A stretch of DNA of 64,000 nt from Octopus vulgaris (taxonomy: Eukaryota). The stretch spans positions 11,160,001 to 11,224,000 of the forward strand of contig OX597817.1 in NCBI GenBank assembly GCA_951406725.2. The letters are read 5' to 3'. Of this stretch, positions 1-12,384 are shown piece after piece. Position numbers and translations under genes: made by a program. Numbering within the stretch: the stretch's first letter is position 1; each line of letters begins with the position of its first letter. The notes under the pieces are model-generated. The model was not told the origin of the DNA, made no database searches, and was given only the letters and a program-made list of their open reading frames with translations.

Positions 1-436
1 CTGTACTTTTAATGGAAGAAAAATAGCTTAGTTTTCATTGCTGGAATACGAAGGCATTGCTAAGGAAAATTGTGAGCTGACTCAACCAGCCGGAATAAAG
101 TAAATGTAAATAAAAAAATAAAGCGAAAACAGTTTGCTAAGTGAAACAGTTCGTTAATTTACAGACTTTCACGTAATAGTGGTCTTTGATCTAAATGGAA
201 AAAAAGGAAAGAAAAAGGGCATGACATAAACTAAATAGGTCGTTATGTATGTATGTAACTATGTGTATGTAGGAAGATAGGTGAATGGAAAATATATATG
301 TTACAGTGATTTAAAGTTTCGGTAATTTCATAGAGAGTTAACAGATGTTACTTGAGACAAGAAGGTCATTTACAGTGCACCCCATCCCATGTCTCTAACT
401 ATTTAAAAGAAAGTATTAAAAAGTTAGCTAACTGTA

Positions 437-458
437 TTATATATACATACATACACAT

Positions 459-491
<33 letters not shown>

Positions 492-497
492 CATACA

Positions 498-531
<34 letters not shown>

Positions 532-658
532 CATACATACATACATACATATATATATATATGTACATATGTATGTGTGTATATATGTGTATATATACTT
601 AAGTATGAATATATAAATATATATATAAATACATACATATATATATATATGTACGTAT

Positions 659-703
<45 letters not shown>

Positions 704-706
704 CCT

Positions 707-747
<41 letters not shown>

Positions 748-900
748 CATACATACATACATATATATATATATGTACGTATGTGTGTGTGTGTATATAT
801 ATATGTATATATACCTAAGTATGAATATATAATACATATATATATATATATAAATACATACATATATATATATATATATATATGTATTTATACCTAAGTA

Positions 901-946
<46 letters not shown>

Positions 947-978
947 TGTGTGTGTATGTGTATGTGTTTGTGTGTGTA
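437..978. repeat. Compound (TA)n/(TACA)n/(TG)n microsatellite with a recurring 'cctaagtatgaatatata' unit
   Basis: Direct reading; the unit recurs near 598, 705, 814 and 893. Confidence 0.95.
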
Positions 979-1344
979 AGTATATGTATCTGTGTATCTT
1001 TATGTTAGAGTGCGAAATTCGCCACTGGACCAAATTACGGAAGCAGCTAAATAATTTTCCAGATGTCGACCTCAGGACGTTATTAAAACAAGCACTTTAA
1101 ATTATATATGATAGATATATGTTGTGGCCTGTGGCCTCCTTATGTTTAAAATATAAGGAACATAGGAAAGCGACATCGTTATTTATATTTCTGCGAAGTA
1201 GCTAAGAGGAGATGGAAGTAAGGATCGGAGAAGTTGGCGGACTACTTCTTTGTTTTTATATTTAAACCTTAAGTTCCTTTATGTAAGTTATATATTTTAA
1301 TTGGAAGAGGTTCAGCAATAGATTTCTCGTAGAGCCCATGGCCG

Positions 1345-1353
1345 AGAGAGAGC

Positions 1354-1389
<36 letters not shown>

Positions 1390-1420
1390 GGAAGAGAGAG
1401 AGGAAGAGAGGGAGAGAGAG
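1345..1420. repeat. (AG)n microsatellite
   Basis: Direct reading. Confidence 0.95.
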
Positions 1421-1853
1421 ATACCTAATCGATAGGAATAATGGATAGATGGTTGAAAGGAATTCGGATCACTAATTCTGTTATTGGGAAAGACTTAAAT
1501 GTAAAATTTTCAATAATTTCTTATCCCTTAGAATAAAAATAATCCCCAGTCACAATTTTGTGACCAGTGAAAGAAATCCAATTTTCAACAGCAAATGATG
1601 GAAACGGCAATCAAATGTGCAGTAAGCTTGGGTTGGCGAAACTATGTATGAAAAAAATAATAAAAAAATAACTTAGAAAAAAATGAGTGCAAATGAAAAT
1701 TTTAAGGATACAAGAAATAAAAAAAAACAATGTTATTTCTTCTTTTTACCTTATCATCTATTGCCCTTGTTTTCTATCTAAATTTAATTCAAGAATAAAA
1801 AATCCTCTAACTTTCCCTCTCCCATATCTCCAAATATGCGAAGATGCGTGCAT

Positions 1854-1892
<39 letters not shown>

Positions 1893-2000
1893 AACACACA
1901 CACATACACACACACATAGCAACCTCACATATATGTATATACATACGTTACATAAAAGACTCATACACGCATTTGTGTGTGTGTGTATATATATATATAT

Positions 2001-2411
2001 TCTTTTATTCTTTTATTTGTTTCAGTCATTTGACTGCGGCCATGCTGCAGCACCGGCTAAAAGGTTTCCTTAGAGAAGAAATCGACTTCAGGACTTATTC
2101 TTTGTAAGCCTAATATTTATTCTATTGGTCCCTTTTGCCGAACCGCTAAGTTACGCTAATGACGTAAACACACCAACACTGGTTATCAAGCAGTGATGGG
2201 TGGGAACAAACACAAACACAAAGTTATACACAAAGACGCATACACATAAATATATACATATATATAGGACGGGCTTCTTTCAGTTTCCGTCTACCAAATC
2301 CACTGACAAGACTTTGGTAGACTCGATGCTATAGACTTGACGAAAGGTGCCTCGCAGTAGGACTGAACCCGGAACCATGTGGCTGGAAAGCAAGCTTCTT
2401 ACCACACAGTC
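2001..2411 (-). mobile_element. tRNA-derived SINE, family A (diverged copy)
   Basis: Reverse complement of the element at 31952-32343: head 'ctgtgtggtaag...gggttcagtcc', internal (TA/CA)n, tail 'gactgaaacaa(ataaaaga)n'. Confidence 0.9.
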
Positions 2412-3506
2412 AAGCATACGATGATATGTTGTCCGCTTCTATGCTGATTCGGCTTCGTGGGTGTTCGAATGCAAGTTCAATTATGTGATATTCGATGATT
2501 AGCAGAAAGTAATCAGAGTGGAAATGAGAAAGTGTATGAAACTAAACAAACAAATTACAAATAGATAAATCAAAAAGGAAAAGTGAAAGACTGAGTAGTT
2601 GTTAAACAGTTAAATAGGCGAATAAGTGTGGGAGTAGATCATAAGAGTAGAGAGTAAATGTAATTGCTGAGAGAAACATAGACAGTAATCTTAAAGAAGG
2701 ACATAGTGAGAGCAACATACACATACACTCATAAACACGTACACAATCGCATGCGCACTACCTACACACGCATAATTATTAATTTACATATAAATAAGTT
2801 TAGAAGTTCATGAATTTCTTTAGATCAGAACTAACGAGAAAAAAATCTGTTCGTATGTTAACAAAGTAATTTGAAATATATTATCAAAGAAATACCGAAG
2901 AGTCGAGAATTTATGGAGATGGAGCATATAGTTGAATTTGAAATTGTATCTGTTTAAATCCCTATTTAGAAATAGGATTTTATGCTGAAATTTTAAAGTT
3001 AAAGAACCTTAGAAAGAATTAAGAGACTTGCAAACAACTTGATTGAGCAAGTACAGGTAGTCGAAAGCTCCTCATTCAGGAGGCCTTTAGGTTTCAAGGG
3101 TCATCAGGAAAGAATATGCACCGTTTAGAGGCCTTTCTCTCGATGGCTTTACAACGCACCGTTCCCCCTTACTGATGTGAGGTACCGCCTACTGGATCGA
3201 CTGACTAGTATTTCACCATCGGCATTCGATCTTAAGTCTGTCATCTTGGGATCATTGGCACCATTCAAATGCGGCCCTGACTTGCTTCACTCCTGTACAG
3301 CATTAGTCTAAACAGGACAGAGCGAGAGAAAGAGTTTAGGAAAATAAATAACAATGAATTCCTTACATAGAACCAAATCCATGCCCACAGAAGACAGTAA
3401 GACGTTTTTGAAAAAAACGTAGCGCCGCCTATAATTGAAAATAAGAATTAATAGGTTCTGTTACATAATTTTAAAACTATATTCGGTAAATAAGTTGGCT
3501 TCTAAA

Positions 3507-3930
3507 TACTCTCTTTACTCTTTACTCTTTTACTTGTTTCAGTCATTTGACTGCGGCCATGCTGGAGCACCGCCTTTTAGTCGAGCAAATCGACCCCGGG
3601 ACTTATTCTTTGTAAGCCCAGTACTTATTCTATCGGTCTCTTTTGCCGAACCGCTAAGTGACGGGGACGTAAACACACCAGCATCGGTTGTCAAGCAATG
3701 CTAGGGGGACAAACACAGACACACAAACACACACACACACATATATATATATACATATATACGACAGGCTTCTTTCAGTTTCCGTCTACCAAATCCACTC
3801 ACAAGGCATTGGTCGGCCCGGGGCTATAGCAGAAGACACTTGCCCAAGATGCCACGCAGTGAGACTGAACCCGGAACCATGTAGTTGTGGTTGGTTAGCA
3901 AGCTACTTACCACACAGCCACTCCTGCGCC
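3507..3930 (-). mobile_element. SINE family A, full length
   Basis: Near-identical to 31952-32343; A-box-like 'gtggctgtgtgg', B-box-like 'ggttcagtc', (gtaaaaga)n tail. Confidence 0.95.
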
Positions 3931-4404
3931 TATGAAGTATTTATTGATTCCTTAAGTTATTTTTAATTACTTAAGTTTAAAATTTCATTAAAATTCTAAA
4001 AGTTTAGGTCTGTTAATATATTTACTCTACTTAATTACACACACACATACATACACAAACACACATGTGTATGTACAATCGTCCTCTAAATTATTCATAC
4101 TTCAAGGAAACTAACATTCTTTTTTATATTCTTCATTTGCAACAGCTATCAGTGCTACTTTCTATGTATCTACTTGTTGCTATGCATAGATCCACATATG
4201 AGTTGGCTAAGCTTCATTTGCATAATAATAGATATGGCCTAAAGATCTTTTTTTGCCCATGTTCAGAATTATTCATACTTTTGTTTTCCCTTCCTGTGAA
4301 TACGCTAATCTTTGTCTTATAGTTATTTCCAGAAGAGCATAAACAGAATATAAATAGAGTATAAATTGAGAAAAAAGTGTTCTGGTCATTCTCAATTTCA
4401 AATC

Positions 4405-4926
4405 ATGATGGCCAAGAAGAAGGAGCTCAGTGAGCACCTACATCAACGTCTTGTGTGTGCCCACAGTGAATTAAAGGGTTACAAGGCCATTTCAAAGCAG
4501 TATGATGTCCATGTGGCAACCATCCAGAGCATAATCAAAAAGCAAACGAGGTTCAATACCGTTAAAAATCTTAGTGGATGTGGCAGGAAGCGTAAGGTGT
4601 CTTCCAAACTTACCAAGGAAATCTGCTGAGAAGTCAACAACAACCCCCGGGCCACAACCAAGGCCCTAAATGAAACGCTTGACTGGGTAGGGACGAAGGT
4701 GTCACGGTCCACTATTAAGCCAGTCTTGCACAGAGGAGGTCTCCATGGACATAGGCCTAGGAAGACGCTGCTGCTCAGGAAGAAACATCTGAAGGCTCGC
4801 CTGGCCTTTGCTAGGGGTCATCTGAAACAAGATCCTAGCTTTTGGTCAACCATCTTGTGGTCTGATGAGATGAAGCTGGAGTTATTTGACCATATGGATG
4901 ATGAATACATCTGGAGGAAGAAAAGA
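4405..4926 (+). pseudogene. Tc1-family (Sleeping Beauty-like) transposase, N-terminal half with one in-frame TGA, 3'-truncated
   Basis: ORFs 4366-4629 and 4699-4983 share a frame. Motifs: MAKKKELSEHL, GRKRKVS (GRPR-like), GTKVSRSTIKPVL, RKTLLLRKKHLKARLAFA, FWSTILWSDEMKLELF (first catalytic Asp), YIWRKK. Confidence 0.92.
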
Positions 4927-4930
4927 AAAG

Positions 4931-5116
4931 CATTTCGTCTGCCGTTATGTTTTGTGTTCAAATTCCGCCGAACTCGACTTTGACTTTCATCCTTGCGGGG
5001 TCGATTAAATAAGTACCAGTTACGTACTGGGGTCGATGTAATCGACTTAATCCCTTTGTCTGTCCTTGTTTGTCCCCTCTATATTTAGCTTCCTGTGGGC
5101 AATAAAGAAATAAATA
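4931..5116 (+). mobile_element. SINE family B, head-less unit
   Basis: Matches the 184-bp unit at 22574-23126 ('ttcgtctgccgtta...gttcaaattccgcc...gtgggcaataaagaaata'). Confidence 0.9.
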
Positions 5117-5180
5117 CATACTCCTGTTATCACTTCCTTCCCTCATTTTATGCTGCCATCGTAAATGGGTGGATTTGCTA

Positions 5181-5420
<240 letters not shown>

Positions 5421-5439
5421 GTGTGTATGTGTAGAATGT

Positions 5440-5815
5440 GGAAAAGGAACACACGAGTTGATATATATATATATATATGGAAAAAAAGGTAGAAAATGCT
5501 AACATAATTTTATAAAAAAACATTTCAATACCGGTTTCAGTCATTGAGACTTTTCGACTGTAAGTATGGAAAACAATTAAATTTTGAAGAAATTAAATGA
5601 AAAGTATTTTAAAAGAATATTTGCATAGAATTCAAATACAAAGGGCATTTTCCTTGTTTCTGCCTGTCTCTGTCTCTCTTGTTTGAATACTATGGAAATA
5701 TTCTTTTAAAATACTTTTCATTTAATTTCTCCCAAAATTTAATTGTTTTCCATACTTACAATGACCGAACCGGTACTGAAATGTTTTTTATAAAATTATT
5801 TTAGTATTTTCTATC
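5440..5815. mobile_element. Non-coding fold-back element related to Penelope-like termini
   Basis: Imperfect inverted arms ~5490-5642 and ~5680-5813. The terminus 'aaaagga..acacgagttg(at)n..aaaaaagg..agaaaatgct.aca' resembles the PLE end at 54121-54190. Flanked by (TA)n. Confidence 0.7.
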
Positions 5816-5818
5816 TAG

Positions 5819-5854
<36 letters not shown>

Positions 5855-5899
5855 TATAGATATATATATATATGGGCGTGTGTGATTGTGTATAGAAGA

Positions 5900-6333
5900 A
5901 TATATTAATAAAAAGAATTCCAACCTTGTCTGATTTTCACGTTTTATTTACAATCTTATAATGATATATTATAAGATAATATATTATAATTGAATAAAAT
6001 AAAATGAAATAGTAGAATGTTAAATATTCATTCTGATTGAACTAGTACTTTCATGCATTGAATTCTGCAATCTTCGGGTTCATGTAGTAGTGTTGACAGT
6101 CATGCTTCACAATTTTTGACAGTCAAAAATTGTGAAGCATGACTGTCAACACTACTACATGAACCCGAAGATTGCAGAATTCAATGCATGAAAGTACTAG
6201 TTCAATCAGAATGAATATTTAACATTCTACTATTTCATTTTATTTTATTCAATTATAATATATTATCTTATAATATATCATTATAAGATTGTAAATAAAA
6301 CGTGAAAATCAGACAAGGTTGGAATTCTTTTTA

Positions 6334-6342
<9 letters not shown>
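5900..6342. repeat. Perfect palindrome with 221-bp arms and a 1-nt centre at 6121
   Basis: The arms read as exact reverse complements; centre 'tttttgac-a-gtcaaaaa'. Confidence 0.95.
6160..6204 (+). ncRNA. Minimal type I hammerhead ribozyme-like motif (mirror copy at 6038-6082, minus strand)
   Basis: Stem I TGAAC/GTTCA; core CCGAAGA; stem II TGCA/TGCA; GAAA; palindromic stem III AGTACT; CUA cleavage triplet. Confidence 0.7.
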
Positions 6343-6373
<31 letters not shown>

Positions 6374-6380
<7 letters not shown>

Positions 6381-6630
6381 ATTAGAGATAAATCAAACAG
6401 TGAAAATCATAAACAAATACATAGAAATAAAAAATATATAAAATATAAAATTCAAAATTTAAATTTTTCTATGTATTGCTTTATGATTTTCACTGTTTGA
6501 TTTGCCTAATAGTGGTTTTATCTCTAATTTAATATGATATATATATATTTTTTTTTACTATAAAATTGGATTTAATCTTAAATCTAATTTTTCCCTGTAA
6601 GTTTGGATTTACTCCCTAATATTATTATTA
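6374..6630. mobile_element. AT-rich PLE-type terminal fragment with short inverted duplication
   Basis: 6374-6425 is an inverted copy of ~6465-6533; the same sequence recurs at 19665-19868; (TA)n on both sides. Confidence 0.6.
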
Positions 6631-6680
6631 TCATTATATATATATATATATGTATATGCGTGTGTGTGTGTATACATACA

Positions 6681-6726
<46 letters not shown>

Positions 6727-6951
6727 CAGACACACACACATATACATATATCTATATATATGTGTGTGTGTATGCCTGTGTGAAAACGTGTATCACTTTT
6801 GTGATTACATTTTTGTTTCTGAATACGCATATACTATTTGCGAAAAATGAGATGATATGTGTACGTGAGCTTGAGGGATGCTTGGCTGCTAAAAGCCAGC
6901 AGATCGAACAACCTTCCGAAAAGCATAGAGCATTTAGAGAGTGAATCTGCG

Positions 6952-6993
<42 letters not shown>

Positions 6994-7074
6994 CTCACTC
7001 TATCTCTCTCTCTCTCTCAGTCTCTCTCTGTCTCTTTCTCACACACATAGATACACAAAAATATATTTATATAA

Positions 7075-7281
7075 TACTTGTTTCAGCCATGTTGTCCTCA
7101 AAGGTTTTAGTTGAACAAATCCACAGCAGTATTTATGAATCATTTCATGCCTGGTACTTATTCTATCGGCTCCTTTGCCGGACCAATAGCTTACGGGGAC
7201 GTAAGCCCCCCCCCCAAACCCCCCCCCCGCCGGTTGTCAAGATGGGAGGTAGTGAGAAAAAAACAAACATATAGACACGCT

Positions 7282-7316
<35 letters not shown>

Positions 7317-7430
7317 GCACACACACAAGTATATACACACACACAAAACGGTCTTCAACACATTCCCGTCTACCAAATTCACTCACAAAACATTGGTCGG
7401 TCCGGTTCCACGGAATGTAACTTAGAAAAC
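7075..7430 (-). mobile_element. SINE family A, old degraded copy
   Basis: Contains 'tacttgtttcag', 'gtacttattctatcgg' and 'cgtctaccaaattcactcacaa'. Confidence 0.75.
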
Positions 7431-7749
7431 ACATTTCTCAAAGCTATTCAAGCAGAGCCGAGTTCAATATCGCACTATATCGAAAACACTTCTCAATTTT
7501 GTATTGTTGTCATTGTGTAGATCACGGACTTGTTTCTGCCTAACGGTTTGTATATACAAGTATCTGGGTACAATCATGCACGCACATTCACACACTCACA
7601 TAGAATCACATCTGTGCATGCATGTATATATGAATGTATGTGTATAGAATTGAGAAACAAGAGGAAGAGAAAAAGTGCATGCCACTGAATTTCAGACATC
7701 TGTTTTACAAGACAGATGTGAGGGAACATTGCAAAGTACCACACACTCG

Positions 7750-7779
7750 TATATACATATACATGCATATATACATACA

Positions 7780-7836
<57 letters not shown>

Positions 7837-7837
7837 G

Positions 7838-7877
<40 letters not shown>

Positions 7878-7911
7878 TGTTTATATATATATGTGTATAT
7901 ATATATATGTA

Positions 7912-7963
<52 letters not shown>

Positions 7964-8020
7964 TATATATAGATAGATAGATATAAATATATAGATATAT
8001 AGATATACATACACCTATAC

Positions 8021-8058
<38 letters not shown>

Positions 8059-8162
8059 ATGTATATTTGTATATATATATATATATATATATGCAAATAT
8101 ATGAGTATGTGCGTGTGTATGCGTGTGTGTGAAAGAGATAGATAGACAGATAAAGGCAGATA

Positions 8163-8238
<76 letters not shown>

Positions 8239-8250
8239 AGGGAGGGAGAG
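7750..8250. repeat. Compound (TA)n/(TG)n/(AG)n microsatellite
   Basis: Direct reading. Confidence 0.95.
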
Positions 8251-9119
8251 CGGGTATATGTAATGAAATAGCGCTATGTTGCGAAGTACGATCTGGCATG
8301 TGGAGGAGGCCTAGCAGACCGGAACATATGTACATAGTTGTCCCTTGCCTGCAACAAAGATCAGACTGCCCTTTCCCTAACATGTAAATTAATTAAGAAA
8401 TTTCTTCTTTTTTTAAAACTAATATTCCCTTCTCCCCGAGGGCCGTTAATAATTGCCGCTGGGTTTATTTGTCCGTCTTTCACTCAGAGAGAGAGAATTC
8501 TTTTTTAAATTTAAGAACTTGTTCTGTAAGATGTTCAGTACACCTCCTCGGCATGTGAGCAAGACTGTAACTTGGTGATGAGTTCTGACATAGCGATTTT
8601 TAATTACGTACCCTCTCATGCACACAAAAGCACACGTATAATTATACACATATGCGTATGCATCTATTCATATACACATATATACATGCATATGCATGCA
8701 CACACACATATACATATATCGGTTAATGCACTTAAAACAGCATTAAATTAATATCGCCATCTGTGTATCATACGGAACGCATATACACAGTTGAAAAGCG
8801 TGTTGTTGTGGGCTTTGTTTGAGTGAAAATCCCTTCGTAGACATGTGTTAAAAACAATATATATCGGAGCGAAGCGAACATCGTCGCAGCAGTGACTCAC
8901 AAAATCGACAGACGCGCTACGCCTAAAACAGCATGATGCCACAGCATCACGCCTTTCAATGGTGCATATACATTTAGTTTGATACGCACACGGCGATTTT
9001 AATTTAATGCTGTTTCTACTGCACGGCAAGCTTTCTACAACACCAGTGAGGATATTATTCACTGTTTCCTATGTATCGAAGCACGAATTTGTTTCTAGGC
9101 TGGTGACAAATGGGTGCAC

Positions 9120-9159
9120 GGCATTGACAAGCCCCCAAGTAGATCGAAACGCGTTTGCC
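9120..9159 (+). ncRNA. Hammerhead-like motif with U3-A8 core and degenerate stem II
   Basis: GGCA-TTGACAA-(15 nt)-GAAA-CGCG-TT-TGCC: stem I GGCA/TGCC, palindromic stem III ACGCGT. Confidence 0.5.
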
Positions 9160-9394
9160 CCTGTTGCAAAGCTGCTCGTCTCATTCAGACATATAATGCA
9201 CTTTCAGCACAACATGCTTATGAAGAGATTATCTCTCAAATAAGTACCACAAAAACATACCTCTCAAAAGTGCATATACATTTAATATTATGCACAGATT
9301 TTATATATAAGTATATATATGTAAGTATATCAATTTAAATCCAATTTTAATCCATTATATAAATATTAAATAAACAAAATACACACACATTTGA

Positions 9395-9431
<37 letters not shown>

Positions 9432-9463
9432 GACCCAAATATACATACATATATGGTTATACA

Positions 9464-9520
<57 letters not shown>

Positions 9521-9607
9521 GTATGTATCTATTAAGAATAGGGAATTACATAAATAAGTGTGTGTGTATATATATATATTGAGAATGGGTAATTACATAA
9601 ATAAGTT

Positions 9608-10405
9608 TATGTGGCCTCACCTATAACCAGCGAGGCAAATACGATGGAATACATCGACATTAGCGAAGAAGATATACTCCTAGCCATAGATGAGTTGGAC
9701 GCAAACTCAACTGCTGGTCCTGATGGTTTCCCAGCAATCCTTCTCAAATCGTGTAAGCGTACCTTGCCAAAAGCCCTCCAAATTCTCTTCCAGAGCTTTC
9801 TTGCAAATAGTAGGCTGCTAAGGAAGCTGAAGGAGGAAATAGTATGCCCAATCCATAAAGGGGAACGCAGAGCAGATGCCAAAAACTATAGGTCTATCTC
9901 TCTGAATTCACTATTACCAAAGCGAACATTCAGAACCAGAGATAAGGAAACCATGATGGTCCTCTGGACGACATTCGTCCTCAGCCGCCTGGATTACTGC
10001 TCCCAGCTATGGTCACTCAACAGCGTAAAATAAACAGCGGACCTTAAAGCAATCCAGCGAAGCTTCACAAAGAAGATCGTCTCTTTGCAACAGCTCAGAT
10101 ACTGGGAAACGCTGAAACAGCCAAGTCTCTACTCCCTGGAGCGAAGGCGGAAGAGATATGCAGTAATATACATCTGGAAGATCCTAGAAGGAATTGTGCC
10201 CAGTTTTGGTACTGAAAGCTACACCAATGCTAGAACGGGTCGACACTGCATAGTGCCAAAGATCGCAGCAATGCTATTGCGCTTCAGGACCAGTTACTGC
10301 AACAGCCTGGGTTTCAAGGGTCCACAGTTTTAAAATATTCTCCCAAAGGGCCTGAGGAACCTGCACAAAGAAGATGTAGGCGTTTTTAAATCAAAGCTGA
10401 ACCTC
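9608..10405 (+). mobile_element. CR1-clade LINE ORF2 relic with internal deletion of the RT core
   Basis: AGPDGFPAILLK...VCPIHKG...NYRSISL is joined directly to the C-terminal LSRLDYCSQLW...AIQRSFTK...LYSLERRR. Confidence 0.9.
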
Positions 10406-11199
10406 TTATATATACATACATATTTATGTAACTCCCAATTCTTATATTTTCTTTTAATTTCTGTTTGCTTTATTCTTTACCAGCCTTTAAAAACCTTGAA
10501 GTAAATTCTTCAGGAAGCAACGTACCAAAATGTCAGTGAGTGTTTGTTTGGATTTGGAAATTTGATCGAATATCTACGTTCCTTGACAAATACACAGACA
10601 TCAGCATTAACGGTACTTCACTGAAATATGTGAATGAATGTCTATGAATGTATACACATAGATATATACATTTATACATACATATATGCATACATGCATG
10701 CATGCATACACACACGCATACACATACACCAGCAGTTAAACCCGTTGTTGATCGGACACTTTTATTGTTTATCGGGAGCCACATTGAAAGTATTATTATA
10801 TGTATAATTTACTCCTCCTCTATGTGTGTATTTTTAGAAAAGAAAACCATGTAATAACTGAAGTAGAAGATCAATATCACACATGAGCTTGTGTTTGATT
10901 ATTATATGGCGATAATAAGCGGGTTGTATGCGTTATTTTATTTATCTATACAATAATAGCAATGATAAAATATTTTTATAAGAGAAAAACGTAATAACTG
11001 AAGTAGGTAAAAACGTCATTTTTATACATGAAATTATGTTTGTTTATTACATAATAGTAGTAAGTGAGATGTATGTGTTATTTTATTTATCAATACGGTA
11101 ATGAATGACAATCATATAATGCAGTTCTTTGAAATAGGTAACTCACTCAGGCTTGAATGTAATGATAGTAATGGTAAATGAAGTTACAGAAGAATTCAT

Positions 11200-12312
11200 G
11201 TTGCATTAAGAAAAACTTTTTCTTTATTAACAATGTTTTTTTTGTTTTATTTCGGGGCACATAAGCCTTTAGTACAAAACATTCTCAATCAACATTTCAA
11301 ATCTATTTAGTATAATATTTATATTAGTACGAATAAATAAATAAGAATAATTATTATATATTGTATATAATTATGTATCTTTTTGAATAATTATGCATGT
11401 ATGAATATTTCTTGTAATACCTATAATATTTAGCAGATATAGTAATATTATGTTCTTTAGAACTTGTATACGCATATAAATTTATAGAATAAAAATATTG
11501 GATTAACTTTATTTCCTTCTCTAAAACTAAGTACGATTCTGATACTTTATTTACTTATATATTATTGCCATGGTTAGTTAATAATCGTAACTTTATACAT
11601 TTGTTTAACATAGGCGTATTTGGTAGTTATTTTGAGTCAATGAATTGTTGATTGAGAATTTTTTAATGAATTAAATATATTTATTTCATATATAGTCTGA
11701 ATTAAATATAGTTTTATTTCTTTATATTTTTTCATCATAATGCATAGTAATTTTAAATAAAATATATTTCCTACCCCTCCGTAAATTTTTAATGTATAAC
11801 ATATTATAAAGGTATAGCTATTATATAATAAAATGGCCAGTTATTATTTTCGATTAAAATATTTTTCGATTAATATTATTGGAGATCCATAAGAACATTT
11901 TATGACTGTTGTAAATTTTCTTTACTTAATTATTTTATCCATTTGAATTTTGTTGTTCTTTTTATTATATTTATTATATATTTGAATTATTAACGCTCAC
12001 GCCTCTAAACATAAGTATATTTTTAATCAGTCTATTTTATAATTTAGCATTCTTTGCATGGAATTTTGTCTGTTTTTTGAACAAATGCTCCGAGGAGATT
12101 TATATGCCTAAATGTGAATACTTTTACGAATTTGAAGCAAATTGTTGGCTTTATATTAGTTTTAATTATTTGTTATATTATGTTATATTATATTCTATCC
12201 TTTAATAGTATATTATATTATAATGTAAATGAATTTTTAATATGCATAAATAAAGAAATTGTATCTACCAATGCGGTGTTGAGCATTCATTCTCGTCGTT
12301 TGACATTTATGT
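11200..12312 (+). mobile_element. Probable degraded PLE 3' region
   Basis: Very AT-rich; degenerate HHR-like 'ccgagga-gattta...taaat-gtgaat' near 12090; ends at a (CA)n(TA)n tract, like 58061-60530. Confidence 0.4.
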
Positions 12313-12316
12313 GTGT

Positions 12317-12384
<68 letters not shown>

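Noticed and set aside
3078-3112. Minus-strand CTGATGA-ccctt-GAAAC
   Set aside because: No stem II and no convincing stem I; chance match or too decayed to call.
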